Shown: positions 16,452 to 24,882, numbered from the stretch's first letter. The stretch is 30,946 nucleotides of DNA from a virus (IMGVR_UViG_3300025103_000097:1-30946); one strand, 5' to 3'. Numbers and translations: made by a program. The notes: generated by a model not told the origin, from the letters alone.

Positions 16452-17321
16452 ATGATGAAGCATAATAAACAAAAAAATGTAGGAGTATTATTTGAGGTTT
16501 TAAACCATGCGGTGTTAACGCAGGTTGCACAAAATAATATTCCTAAAGCTCAAAAGTTGTTTTCTCTTTTAAGAGAGAATTTTGTCAAGTCTACTGAAAT
16601 CTCTAAGGCTTATAAAATATATTCGCAGTTTCTTTATAGTGAGGCTCGTAATGTATATTTTGCTTCTAGATTTGTAGAAAATCTTACAAGAGAATATAAT
16701 AAAACTATTAAGCATAAAGAGTTAGACTCAGAACTTAATACTCTTATGGAACAAATTGCTAAGGTCACTAATAAGAAAGAAGTACTTAGGACACAAATTC
16801 CTAACTATAAGACCTTAGCTAGCTTCCACATCAAGCTACACGAAGATCAACAGTACCTTAGTTCTAGAGATCGTCTTACGCTAGATGAAAATTTATTTGA
16901 TCACTTAATAGAAAATCAAGAAGCCAAACGAGTAAGAGAAAGACGAGGCCAGTTTGAGAATCCTTCTTACAAGTCATTGGAAGAAGTTCAAACAGGAAAG
17001 TTGAGTTTGATTCTGGCTATTCAGAAATTTGATGAGGCATATAAGCATCTTCTCACAACAGAACAAAAAGGATACTTGGTCAAGTATTATACTTCTGCCG
17101 ATAACGCAGAGTTCAAAAGTTGGGTTTGCAAAAAAGTAGATGATTTGTTAGATGAGGTAGCAGACAAGTCAATAGCGATAGAAGACAAGGACATTAAGAG
17201 AAAGATTGAATTGGTAACAGAGAAACTTCAAGGTATCGCTAAGCAACCCACTGTGACCACGAGCCATTTGAAAGATATTCTTTTGTCAGTTGAGATGAAA
17301 GATAAGTTGAAATTATTTTAG
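16452..17321 (+). CDS. Conserved helical head-region protein
   Basis: KHNKQKNVGVLFEVL N-terminus and IPNYKTLAS motif, typical of the gene following the portal in these large phages. Confidence 0.7.
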   Translation: MMKHNKQKNVGVLFEVLNHAVLTQVAQNNIPKAQKLFSLLRENFVKSTEISKAYKIYSQFLYSEARNVYFASRFVENLTREYNKTIKHKELDSELNTLMEQIAKVTNKKEVLRTQIPNYKTLASFHIKLHEDQQYLSSRDRLTLDENLFDHLIENQEAKRVRERRGQFENPSYKSLEEVQTGKLSLILAIQKFDEAYKHLLTTEQKGYLVKYYTSADNAEFKSWVCKKVDDLLDEVADKSIAIEDKDIKRKIELVTEKLQGIAKQPTVTTSHLKDILLSVEMKDKLKLF

Positions 17322-17331
17322 GAGAATGTAA

Positions 17332-17787
17332 ATGCCTTTTACAATCATGCAACGATGGGAGGGTTTGTTTGGTGGACAAAACGGGAATGGTAACCCCGAT
17401 GCAGAAGCCAGCAAGGCTGACGGTACAGACGGAAACGGATTATCTGGATCATCAGCAATCTCTCATAGAAATCCACTAAGAGAATCCTCTGCTTTAGATG
17501 AAGGATTTAACTCTGGCAATCCTCTACCCCCTGGACATCACGATAGTGATGTTGGAGTATTGTGGAGTGCTTTAGTTGCTAATGGTTCCTCGTCTGCATC
17601 TATGACTTCCGCCGTATCCGGCGTGGGTAAAAGCCTTGTCGCTAAATCAGACGCTATTAGAAGGTCTGGTATTACTGTTTCCAAATCAACTGCAGGCGGA
17701 TATCGTAATACTAGAGGAAATCATAGACTTGGTGAGGTTAATACAGAGTGGGATAGAGCATCCGCATCTGCTGCTGCAGGCGGATAA
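17332..17787 (+). CDS. G/S-rich hypothetical protein (paralog of 17812-18393)
   Basis: AGGAG RBS; shares TIMQRW..LF, RNPL, PLP.G, VLW and GN.RLG.VN with the next gene. Confidence 0.7.
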   Translation: MPFTIMQRWEGLFGGQNGNGNPDAEASKADGTDGNGLSGSSAISHRNPLRESSALDEGFNSGNPLPPGHHDSDVGVLWSALVANGSSSASMTSAVSGVGKSLVAKSDAIRRSGITVSKSTAGGYRNTRGNHRLGEVNTEWDRASASAAAGG

Positions 17788-17811
17788 GAAATAATATAGG
17801 AGTACATATTA

Positions 17812-18393
17812 ATGGCACAGACTTTAATGGAAAAATGGGCCGCGTTGTTTCCTCTCGGCAGCCCAGACGCTAATAGAACAGCAACGTCAAAATCTTCTGA
17901 TGCAATAAGAAACCCTTTAAGTAGTAGGTCGGGACTAGATAACAATTATACTTCGCATCGACCGCTTCCTGTAGGAAGAAAGTCTGCAAGTATATCCGTT
18001 TTATGGGATGCTTTCTGTAATGTTAAGAGTGACTCTGATGCATCTATGAATATGCATTTAACTGATAATTTTGGTAGTCTTAAAGATCTCGGCCCATACG
18101 CTGGAGATATTAAGAAGAAGATGAAAAATGCAATGTCTAAGAATGTAACAGTTAGAGGCACTGAGGATGCCGCTGCATTTGAGGCTCGGGGAGCGGCCGC
18201 CAAGAACTTTGATGAGATGTTCGCGATCCACGATGCTGGGCCAGCAGTTTTAGCTACAGTGAAGGGAAACTATAGACTGGGCGGTGTTAATCCAGATGGT
18301 GGATTTAGTAATTATACTGGAAGACCTATGACCAACGGTGGTGAAGATATAGCAACTATTAGTTTGCAGCAATACCGCGATGGGATGGGATAA
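17812..18393 (+). CDS. Hypothetical protein (paralog of 17332-17787)
   Basis: AGGAG RBS; collinear shared motifs. Confidence 0.7.
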   Translation: MAQTLMEKWAALFPLGSPDANRTATSKSSDAIRNPLSSRSGLDNNYTSHRPLPVGRKSASISVLWDAFCNVKSDSDASMNMHLTDNFGSLKDLGPYAGDIKKKMKNAMSKNVTVRGTEDAAAFEARGAAAKNFDEMFAIHDAGPAVLATVKGNYRLGGVNPDGGFSNYTGRPMTNGGEDIATISLQQYRDGMG

Positions 18394-18623
18394 TGGCAAA
18401 AACTATTATGGAGTGCTGGGACATGATGAGTGGGGATAATTTATCACCCCGAACAATTCCACCTAGAATGTGGGAGTATATGGTTGGTGGTCCCTTAAAT
18501 GATGTCTCCCATGTATTTGGTCAAGCTAACATTGATGAATGGCAAGCAAAAAACTCCAAGATTAGAAACGATGAAAGTGTAGAAACACAATCTCTAAAAA
18601 ACTTCCGCGATAATAATTTATAA
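18393..18623 (+). CDS. Small hypothetical protein sharing the T-[IL]-M-x-x-W N-terminus
   Basis: MAKTIMECW; TAATG coupling. Confidence 0.6.
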   Translation: MAKTIMECWDMMSGDNLSPRTIPPRMWEYMVGGPLNDVSHVFGQANIDEWQAKNSKIRNDESVETQSLKNFRDNNL

Positions 18624-18624
18624 A

Positions 18625-19122
18625 ATGAAAAAAATTAAGAAGGAAGTATCAACAACAGGTGGTGTGGCAGGGTATGATGGCGTTATTCCGGCAGTAGGCA
18701 ATCCTACTGAAAAAGAAGTTAACCAATGGAAAAAGAAGAAGAAGAAATTTATGAAACGGCAAGGCAAGTCTAAGGACAAAACATATAGTACTAAGAGCGT
18801 AGCGGAGGCCGCCGACAAACTTATCAAAGATACTATTTTGAAAGTTTTGTTAGAGCAACCCGGCAATGAACGGATGAACTATATCATTCGTTTGTTTGAG
18901 GGCATTTCCAAAAACTTGAATACAAGTTTGGGCTATGCTAGAATGTTTATTCTGGATGCCTTGAAAATGGATATCGCTACTGGAGCTGCTAAACTCAATG
19001 CTAAGAGAGCAACAGCTGAGTTGAATCACATTCGTAAAATGATTGATGACTTAGAAAGTTTGCTCGAAAAAATTAATGGCATGAATCACGAAGAACGGGA
19101 TAAGGGTGAAAAAAATGTCTGA
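18625..19122 (+). CDS. Head-region hypothetical protein
   Basis: IKKE|VSTTGGVAGY motif; adjacent to the protease gene. Confidence 0.65.
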   Translation: MKKIKKEVSTTGGVAGYDGVIPAVGNPTEKEVNQWKKKKKKFMKRQGKSKDKTYSTKSVAEAADKLIKDTILKVLLEQPGNERMNYIIRLFEGISKNLNTSLGYARMFILDALKMDIATGAAKLNAKRATAELNHIRKMIDDLESLLEKINGMNHEERDKGEKNV

Positions 19123-19723
19123 GATAAAAAATCAAGATCCAAACTTACTGCACTCTTTTCTGTTGTTTGAGTATGATGATGTAAAACCATCTAAGTCTAG
19201 TGACGGTATCGTTACCATGAAAGGCATTATTCAAGCAGCTGGCAAGCCAAATGCTAACAATAGAATTTATCCTCGGCCTATTCTTGAAAGAGAAGATAAG
19301 AAGTATCAAGAACTTATTCAAGAGCGTAGGGCATTAGGTGAACTTGATCACCCCGATTCACCCATTGTACAGTTAGAGAATGTTAGTCATCTAGTTACTA
19401 ATACAAGTTGGGATGGCGAAGATCTTATTGGTGAAATTGAAGTGTTGGATACACCAAAGGGTCAGATTCTTGGTAAGCTAGTAGAGAGAGATATCAAGTT
19501 AGGTATTTCTTCAAGAGGTTTGGGCAGTACAAGCCGGACCAATGAAGGCTATGATATGGTAGAAGATGATTTTAATCTCGTCTGTTATGACATGGTAAGC
19601 AACCCATCAACCAGTAACGCTTTTATGAATCTACAAGAGAGTGTGGCATATAAAACTCTGATCACACAAAACAGAACAGTTTTGTTAGATGAAATACTTA
19701 ATGATATATTGGAGTTGGATTAA
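19115..19723 (+). CDS. Prohead protease (T4 gp21-like)
   Basis: NANNRIYP, ALGELDHP, VSH, ILDTPKG-type VLDTPKGQI, GISSRGLGS and D.VSNPST motifs. Confidence 0.96.
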   Translation: MSEIKNQDPNLLHSFLLFEYDDVKPSKSSDGIVTMKGIIQAAGKPNANNRIYPRPILEREDKKYQELIQERRALGELDHPDSPIVQLENVSHLVTNTSWDGEDLIGEIEVLDTPKGQILGKLVERDIKLGISSRGLGSTSRTNEGYDMVEDDFNLVCYDMVSNPSTSNAFMNLQESVAYKTLITQNRTVLLDEILNDILELD

Positions 19724-20025
19724 TGAAACTACAACATACGATTAAAGAAGACATAATCACCGAAGGTGGTGATGAATTAAATTTTGAGGATTTAGATAGT
19801 AAGCAACAAAATAGAATCAAGGCGGCACAAAAAGTGATTGGTGGTAAGAGAGAGTATATCATGGAATCCGCTCACGGCCTTATTGTTGCCTTTAAAGATA
19901 TTAGATACGATCACAGCAATAAGACTATAAGGCTTAGTGGTAAAGATTTAGCTGGCTTGGCAAAACTTAAAGTAAGATGGTTTGATGTATCGCCAGTTCA
20001 ACAGACGGTGGCCGTAGGAATATAA
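19723..20025 (+). CDS. Hypothetical protein with MKL leader
   Basis: MKLQHTIKE|DIITE|G; TAATG coupled to the protease gene. Confidence 0.65.
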   Translation: MKLQHTIKEDIITEGGDELNFEDLDSKQQNRIKAAQKVIGGKREYIMESAHGLIVAFKDIRYDHSNKTIRLSGKDLAGLAKLKVRWFDVSPVQQTVAVGI

Positions 20026-20027
20026 AA

Positions 20028-20381
20028 GTGAAACTAAGGAATGTGCTGGCAGAGGTAGACCCCACAAATCAATATGCGTCCAAGTGGATTCCTGGCTATG
20101 TTGGTTCGCGAGCTATAAAGGGGTACAGAACAACTCCAGGCAACAAGTTAGACGACCCTGTGTCTCAAACTTTAGATCCATACATTGAAGAGCAGTTGAT
20201 TGACCAAGTAATAGATGTAATGTATCGGGACTATCCCGAAATAGTAAAAGATAAAAAAGTAAAGAAGCATTTAATTCAAATGTTAGTAGGTAAGGTGATG
20301 TCGGGTGAGGTGAGGGATATTATTGATATTGATCGTTTTATTAAACGACTTAAAAAACGCATGAAGGTAGAGACTCTATAA
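20028..20381 (+). CDS. Hypothetical protein with MKL leader
   Basis: GTG start, MKLRNVLAE|V. Confidence 0.65.
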   Translation: MKLRNVLAEVDPTNQYASKWIPGYVGSRAIKGYRTTPGNKLDDPVSQTLDPYIEEQLIDQVIDVMYRDYPEIVKDKKVKKHLIQMLVGKVMSGEVRDIIDIDRFIKRLKKRMKVETL

Positions 20382-21334
20382 TGCAAATAAAAAAATCAGA
20401 ACTAAGAAAAGTAGTAAAAGAGCATATGCAAATGTTTTTTTCTGACAGTAAACCTTTTGCCACAGTAGGAAGGGCTCCTACTTTTGAGGCAGGGATTGAA
20501 GATCCTAATTCTGACGGAGTAAAAGTAGATGAAGATGCACTAGAAGATGCTATTGCAGAAACCATCAAAGGCCTAGAGAAGAATGCCTCTTTGAGAATGA
20601 GAGCTGAGGCAAAAGGTGTTAGCAATGTACGTGATGAAAAAGTAAAAAAAGTAATTAGAAAAATGATTAATGAGATTTCTGGTGTTGATTCTCTTAAACC
20701 CAATGATCCTCGCACTCCTGGCGCAGATGATGTAGAAAGAGATGCTGCTGACGATGTGATGGAGGCTGATCCCAAGGCAAAGAAGGGTAGACCAAGAGGC
20801 GGCCCCCACATTGAGAATGTAAGATTTTGGGATTTGCCTGAGAGCAGTTTAAAGCATATCATTGCTGACGCCAGTGATGCTGTTAAGAGATTACCAATGG
20901 CGCGGAAGGCTGGTAAGTGGGCTGATGAAGTGAATGATGCTGTTACTGTTTTGCATTGGCGTAAGAAGAAAGGCATTACAGTAGAAGAAGGCAAAGATGA
21001 AAAGAAGAAGGATAAGATTAAGAAACGGCCATGGGTAGATGGATTAGATCCTGCTGGTGGTATTGGCGAAGCTAAGGATGTAATGACTAGAACTACCAAT
21101 CCTAAAACTAAGGCTATTATCGCTAAGATGCATAAACTTGTTAGGGATAAGTTAAAGTTAAAAAGTGTTGAACGGATTGATCCAGTAACAAGTGATGACT
21201 ACAATGGAATTGCTTTTGTTTTTGGTGACAAGAGCGAAGGTAATAAGTTTGCTAAGTATTTGAAATCTCAAAGAGCTTTGGGTAAGATAAGAAATTTAAC
21301 AGGCAACCGTATAATGGTTAGCCTTCATTATTAA
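20381..21334 (+). CDS. Modular charged protein, putative internal head protein
   Basis: MQIKKSELRKVVKE N-terminus; several [ILVM]-x-E sites separate short modules. Confidence 0.65.
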   Translation: MQIKKSELRKVVKEHMQMFFSDSKPFATVGRAPTFEAGIEDPNSDGVKVDEDALEDAIAETIKGLEKNASLRMRAEAKGVSNVRDEKVKKVIRKMINEISGVDSLKPNDPRTPGADDVERDAADDVMEADPKAKKGRPRGGPHIENVRFWDLPESSLKHIIADASDAVKRLPMARKAGKWADEVNDAVTVLHWRKKKGITVEEGKDEKKKDKIKKRPWVDGLDPAGGIGEAKDVMTRTTNPKTKAIIAKMHKLVRDKLKLKSVERIDPVTSDDYNGIAFVFGDKSEGNKFAKYLKSQRALGKIRNLTGNRIMVSLHY

Positions 21335-21344
21335 GAGGAAAACA

Positions 21345-21677
21345 ATGGCCGAGAAAACAACTGTAAGTAGCTTGATGAAAGAGTGGAATGATCATTTGAC
21401 AGAGGATGTCTCTGCCTTTACAGTAGTACCAGAGGGTAGTTGTGATACGGATGAGGCTAAGGCGCCCATTAGAGTTAAGAAGTCAGAAATGGTTGGGTCT
21501 GCAAGCAATGCGTATGGAGTAAGAAGAAAAAGCATAGATACTCTTATGACAAAAACTAGTGCGTTATTAAAGGCATTAGATAAGGCCGCAAAGAAGGGCG
21601 AAAACTGGGGTCATGTTGGAACTGCAGGCGCGATTGAAGATAAATTGAGTGACATTAACCAGATGTTGAATATCTAA
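21345..21677 (+). CDS. Hypothetical protein
   Basis: SLMKEWNDHLTE|D N-terminus; NWGHVG motif. Confidence 0.6.
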   Translation: MAEKTTVSSLMKEWNDHLTEDVSAFTVVPEGSCDTDEAKAPIRVKKSEMVGSASNAYGVRRKSIDTLMTKTSALLKALDKAAKKGENWGHVGTAGAIEDKLSDINQMLNI

Positions 21678-21688
21678 GGATAAAAAGT

Positions 21689-22156
21689 ATGGCACAATTT
21701 AAAGTATCAGATATTTCAGAGTCGATTATTAATGGAGTTACAAAGTCTTTAGCCAAAATTATCTTACCTAGAGTTAGAAAGATGATTAGGGAAGAGATGG
21801 ATCGCGGTATGAAGGATGTGATGTTAGAAGTTATTAGATCGCAGCGAACGACTCAAGTTGTAGAGGCAGCGCCTGCGCAACCAGCTTCCATACAAAGTGC
21901 TAAAGAAACTATTGCTCAGCGAAAAAACAAATCAAAACAAAGAGTACGTAATATAATAGAACGCAGTGGAAAGTCAGGCGATCCTATGCTTGACATGATA
22001 GTTAATGCAGAAGATCCTCAAGAGATGCAAAATTTTAAAATGCAAGAACAATTAGAACAACCAATGGTGAGTTCTAAAGATATAGAAAAAGGCGATGTGA
22101 CAATGCCTGAAAATATTGACTTCAATGATAGATTAGAGAAATTGGGGATTGCTTAA
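21689..22156 (+). CDS. Hypothetical helical protein
   Basis: 155-aa ORF with VRKMIREE motif. Confidence 0.6.
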   Translation: MAQFKVSDISESIINGVTKSLAKIILPRVRKMIREEMDRGMKDVMLEVIRSQRTTQVVEAAPAQPASIQSAKETIAQRKNKSKQRVRNIIERSGKSGDPMLDMIVNAEDPQEMQNFKMQEQLEQPMVSSKDIEKGDVTMPENIDFNDRLEKLGIA

Positions 22157-23598
22157 TGTTTAACGATATTAAAAGAATGTTACTAGATTCATTAGAGGAA
22201 GCAGTAAATCTTTCCCCTGCAGAAATAAGAGGCCGAGTATATCCCGAAGTTTTAGTTACGGATATGGCACCAGAAGGGTTAAGGAAAGCTGCTGGGCCTG
22301 ATAGAATTGCCTATTTAGTTGGGACGGAACCATTGCAAGTTGAAATCCCTAATGTGAAGGGCATTTATGAAGTAAATCCTTGTGACATTATCTTTGAGGC
22401 TGCTGGTGGATATGAAAAAGCATTTAGAGCAGCCATGAAAAAGTACGGAATCACCACTCTGAGTGACTTGGATACACCCGAAGAGAAAAAAGGGTTCTAT
22501 GATTTTGTAGATAGAGTGTGGCATTCCAAAGAAGAAAAAGATAAGGGCGAGAAAAAGGGCACCCATAAAGATGAAGGTGGATGGGACGATCCTCCTAGAC
22601 TTGGCGGGGAACCGAGTGTGATTACACCTGTAGAGGGTGAGTTCACCGATGGCCTTAAGGGCAAGCATGATCGCATGAGAGAAAAGATGCGAGATGAAAA
22701 AGAACGAGCCCGTGATAAGGATAGTAAGGCTGCTGCGCAAGATCGTGAGCAGAAGAGTAGGGAAACTAATGAAGAGTTGCCTTTGTATAGTGATCACCAA
22801 AAATCACACAAGGAAGGCAAAAAAGTAAGGAAGGAAGATTTACCACTTTATAGTGATTATGAAAAACAACATAGAGAAGGTAAAAAAAAACTAGAAAATA
22901 ATGTAGAAATTGCAGAAGCACGTCCTCGTCCAAAGAAGGTTTCCAGAGGCAGCGTAAGAGGTCCGGTCGGTGTAAATTATCATGGTCGGCCTTTTCGTTT
23001 GCTACCTAAAAAAGTATACACTCTTATAGTAATGAAGTCTAAGAAAGAGGGCGTGGAACCGAAACTTGGTCAAAGTAATACGGCTAATATGTTAGTACTC
23101 CAACGCATTTATAATTTAGGTCCGAGTGAAGTAGCTACAGCAATGAAGCTTGCTGCTCTTAAGTTTGGTCCCGATGTATTTTTAACCGTAGACAATGAGG
23201 ACGGCAGAAGAATAGGTATTGGATATTCAACAGATGATAACTCCATGAAGTCTATGGATAAGAGAATCCAACAAGATGATCTTACGTTGCATAAATCAAT
23301 TAAGGATAAATTATTTAAGTTAATATTTGGCAGGGAGTTGAAAAAGAAGGATGTTGATTTTGATGTCAACGAGGTTTCACCACCTGCTCGTAAGAACCAA
23401 GTTAAAGGTATCAAAAAACATATGGCTCAAAAGAAAGGTAAAGATAAGATACCTAAGACATATGTAGATAAGAAAACTGGTAAGAGAAAGAAAACAAATC
23501 CTTGGGCCTTAGCATGGGCACAATATGATAAGTACGGTAAACCAAGTTCTGGGCCAGAAAAAGATAGTAAAGTAAAGAAAAAAGTTCCTAAAAAATAG
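22156..23598 (+). CDS. Large modular charged protein, putative internal head/core protein
   Basis: Modules YEKAFRAAMKKYG...KKGFYDFVDRVW and EVSPP...NPWALAW; internal duplication; basic tail. Confidence 0.65.
   Translation: MFNDIKRMLLDSLEEAVNLSPAEIRGRVYPEVLVTDMAPEGLRKAAGPDRIAYLVGTEPLQVEIPNVKGIYEVNPCDIIFEAAGGYEKAFRAAMKKYGITTLSDLDTPEEKKGFYDFVDRVWHSKEEKDKGEKKGTHKDEGGWDDPPRLGGEPSVITPVEGEFTDGLKGKHDRMREKMRDEKERARDKDSKAAAQDREQKSRETNEELPLYSDHQKSHKEGKKVRKEDLPLYSDYEKQHREGKKKLENNVEIAEARPRPKKVSRGSVRGPVGVNYHGRPFRLLPKKVYTLIVMKSKKEGVEPKLGQSNTANMLVLQRIYNLGPSEVATAMKLAALKFGPDVFLTVDNEDGRRIGIGYSTDDNSMKSMDKRIQQDDLTLHKSIKDKLFKLIFGRELKKKDVDFDVNEVSPPARKNQVKGIKKHMAQKKGKDKIPKTYVDKKTGKRKKTNPWALAWAQYDKYGKPSSGPEKDSKVKKKVPKK
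22771..22887 (+). repeat. Intragenic duplication of an 18-aa unit
   Basis: EELPLYSDHQKSHKEGKK (22771-22824) and EDLPLYSDYEKQHREGKK (22834-22887). Confidence 0.85.
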
Positions 23599-23608
23599 AA
23601 ATGGGGTT

Positions 23609-23839
23609 ATGATGAATGTAGTGCGTAGCAATGACAACAGAAGAAAAGTAAGTGTGGTATTGAGAGATGGAAAAGATGCTGGATCATTAGAGAGAGCATT
23701 GAGAGAACTAAAGAGGAAGCTTAAAAAAGATGGATTTTATAAGGAGTTACGTCGCCGAGAGTATTTTATTTCACCATCTGAGGAAAAAAAGTTAAAGAAA
23801 AGACGTAGAAAATCTATATCTGGTGAAGAACTAGGGTGA
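23609..23839 (+). CDS. rpsU: Ribosomal protein bS21 homolog
   Basis: V.LR....SLERALRELKRKLKKDGFYKELRRREYFISPSEEKKLKKRR is the bS21 signature; located in the head-gene cluster as in known bS21 phages. Confidence 0.9.
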   Translation: MMNVVRSNDNRRKVSVVLRDGKDAGSLERALRELKRKLKKDGFYKELRRREYFISPSEEKKLKKRRRKSISGEELG

Positions 23840-23856
23840 TTTTGAGTATTTTTATT

Positions 23857-23866
23857 CATATTTATT
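23857..23866 (+). promoter_or_regulatory. Putative late promoter motif CATATTTATT
   Basis: Repeated motif upstream of the scaffold-MCP unit. Confidence 0.6.
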
Positions 23867-23937
23867 TATAGACGTATATATCTTTATGCGTGTATACGTA
23901 TGGAAATAATTTATAAGTGTTGAATGGAGACTTTAAC

Positions 23938-24882
23938 ATGGCAAGAGATATCGTATCAGAAGCCGTTAAGCAAGCAGAGGCCATGAAGGAGGCCGCTTAT
24001 GAGAACGCCAAGAGTGTTTTGGTTGAAGCCATGAGCACCAACTTGAAAGCTGCTGTTACTGAGGCTATTGATGAAAAGATTGAAGACGCTGAGGTTGACT
24101 CTGTAGAGGGTGAGCAGTCAGTAGAAGAAGCAGCTGTTGAAGAAGGTAGCGACTACGGTGGCAACAAGGGCGATGAGTCCAAGTCCCGTCGCGACTATGA
24201 AGAGACAGAGACTTACGAGGAAGATGAAGATGAAGAGGAAATCGCTGACGACGCCTATGATGTAGATGATGATGCAGGCGACGAAGAAGGCGAGGAAGAT
24301 CTTGATGAGGTTGATATTGAGGAAGTCATTGAGATTATTGAGGATGACGAAGAGGATGACGATGATGGTGAGGAAGTTGACATTGACATTGATGTTGATG
24401 CCGATGATGACGATGACGATGACGATGAGGAAGATGATGATGTGGATGAGGGTGATTATGGTGGTAACAAAGGCGACGAGTCTCGTAGTAAGAGAGATTA
24501 CGAAGCCGCTGTACAAGAGAACAAGTCTTTGAAGAAGGAAAACAAGCGTTACGCTAAGGCTCTTACTTTCTTGAAGAAGAGAATTGATGAGGTTAACCTT
24601 TTCAACGCTCGTTTGGCTGCGGCTAGTGATGTTATGAAGGCCGTCACCTTGACCAAGGAAGAGAAAGAGACAGTAGTCGAGCATTTTGACAGCTGTAAGA
24701 GCGTAAACGAGATTAAGAGAACATTCCAAGTTTTGACAGAGGCCTATAAAGCTAATGATAAAACTGCTAAGAAGGTTCGTGTTGATCGTCCAAATGTTCA
24801 GAGTGTCATTAGTGAAGAAACACAAAAGACTGAGAGTGACAGCCAATTTGATCGTATGGCTCAGCTTGCAGGCTTAAAGTAA
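23938..24882 (+). CDS. Prohead core scaffold protein (gp22-like position), highly acidic
   Basis: Immediately upstream of MCP; EAV..AEAMKEAAYENAK..L.EA N-terminus, EVNLFNARL, C-terminal RMAQLAGL. GGAG RBS supports ATG 23938. Confidence 0.85.
   Translation: MARDIVSEAVKQAEAMKEAAYENAKSVLVEAMSTNLKAAVTEAIDEKIEDAEVDSVEGEQSVEEAAVEEGSDYGGNKGDESKSRRDYEETETYEEDEDEEEIADDAYDVDDDAGDEEGEEDLDEVDIEEVIEIIEDDEEDDDDGEEVDIDIDVDADDDDDDDDEEDDDVDEGDYGGNKGDESRSKRDYEAAVQENKSLKKENKRYAKALTFLKKRIDEVNLFNARLAAASDVMKAVTLTKEEKETVVEHFDSCKSVNEIKRTFQVLTEAYKANDKTAKKVRVDRPNVQSVISEETQKTESDSQFDRMAQLAGLK
24151..24504 (+). repeat. Two copies of a 17-aa motif flanking the acidic tract of the scaffold
   Basis: DYGGNKGDESKSRRDYE (24151-24201) and DYGGNKGDESRSKRDYE (24454-24504). 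Confidence 0.9.

Noticed and set aside
20350-24846. Long minus-strand ORFs (20350-21099, 22315-22800, 24118-24846)
   Set aside because: Antisense shadows of charged, biased-codon genes; no motifs or RBS.
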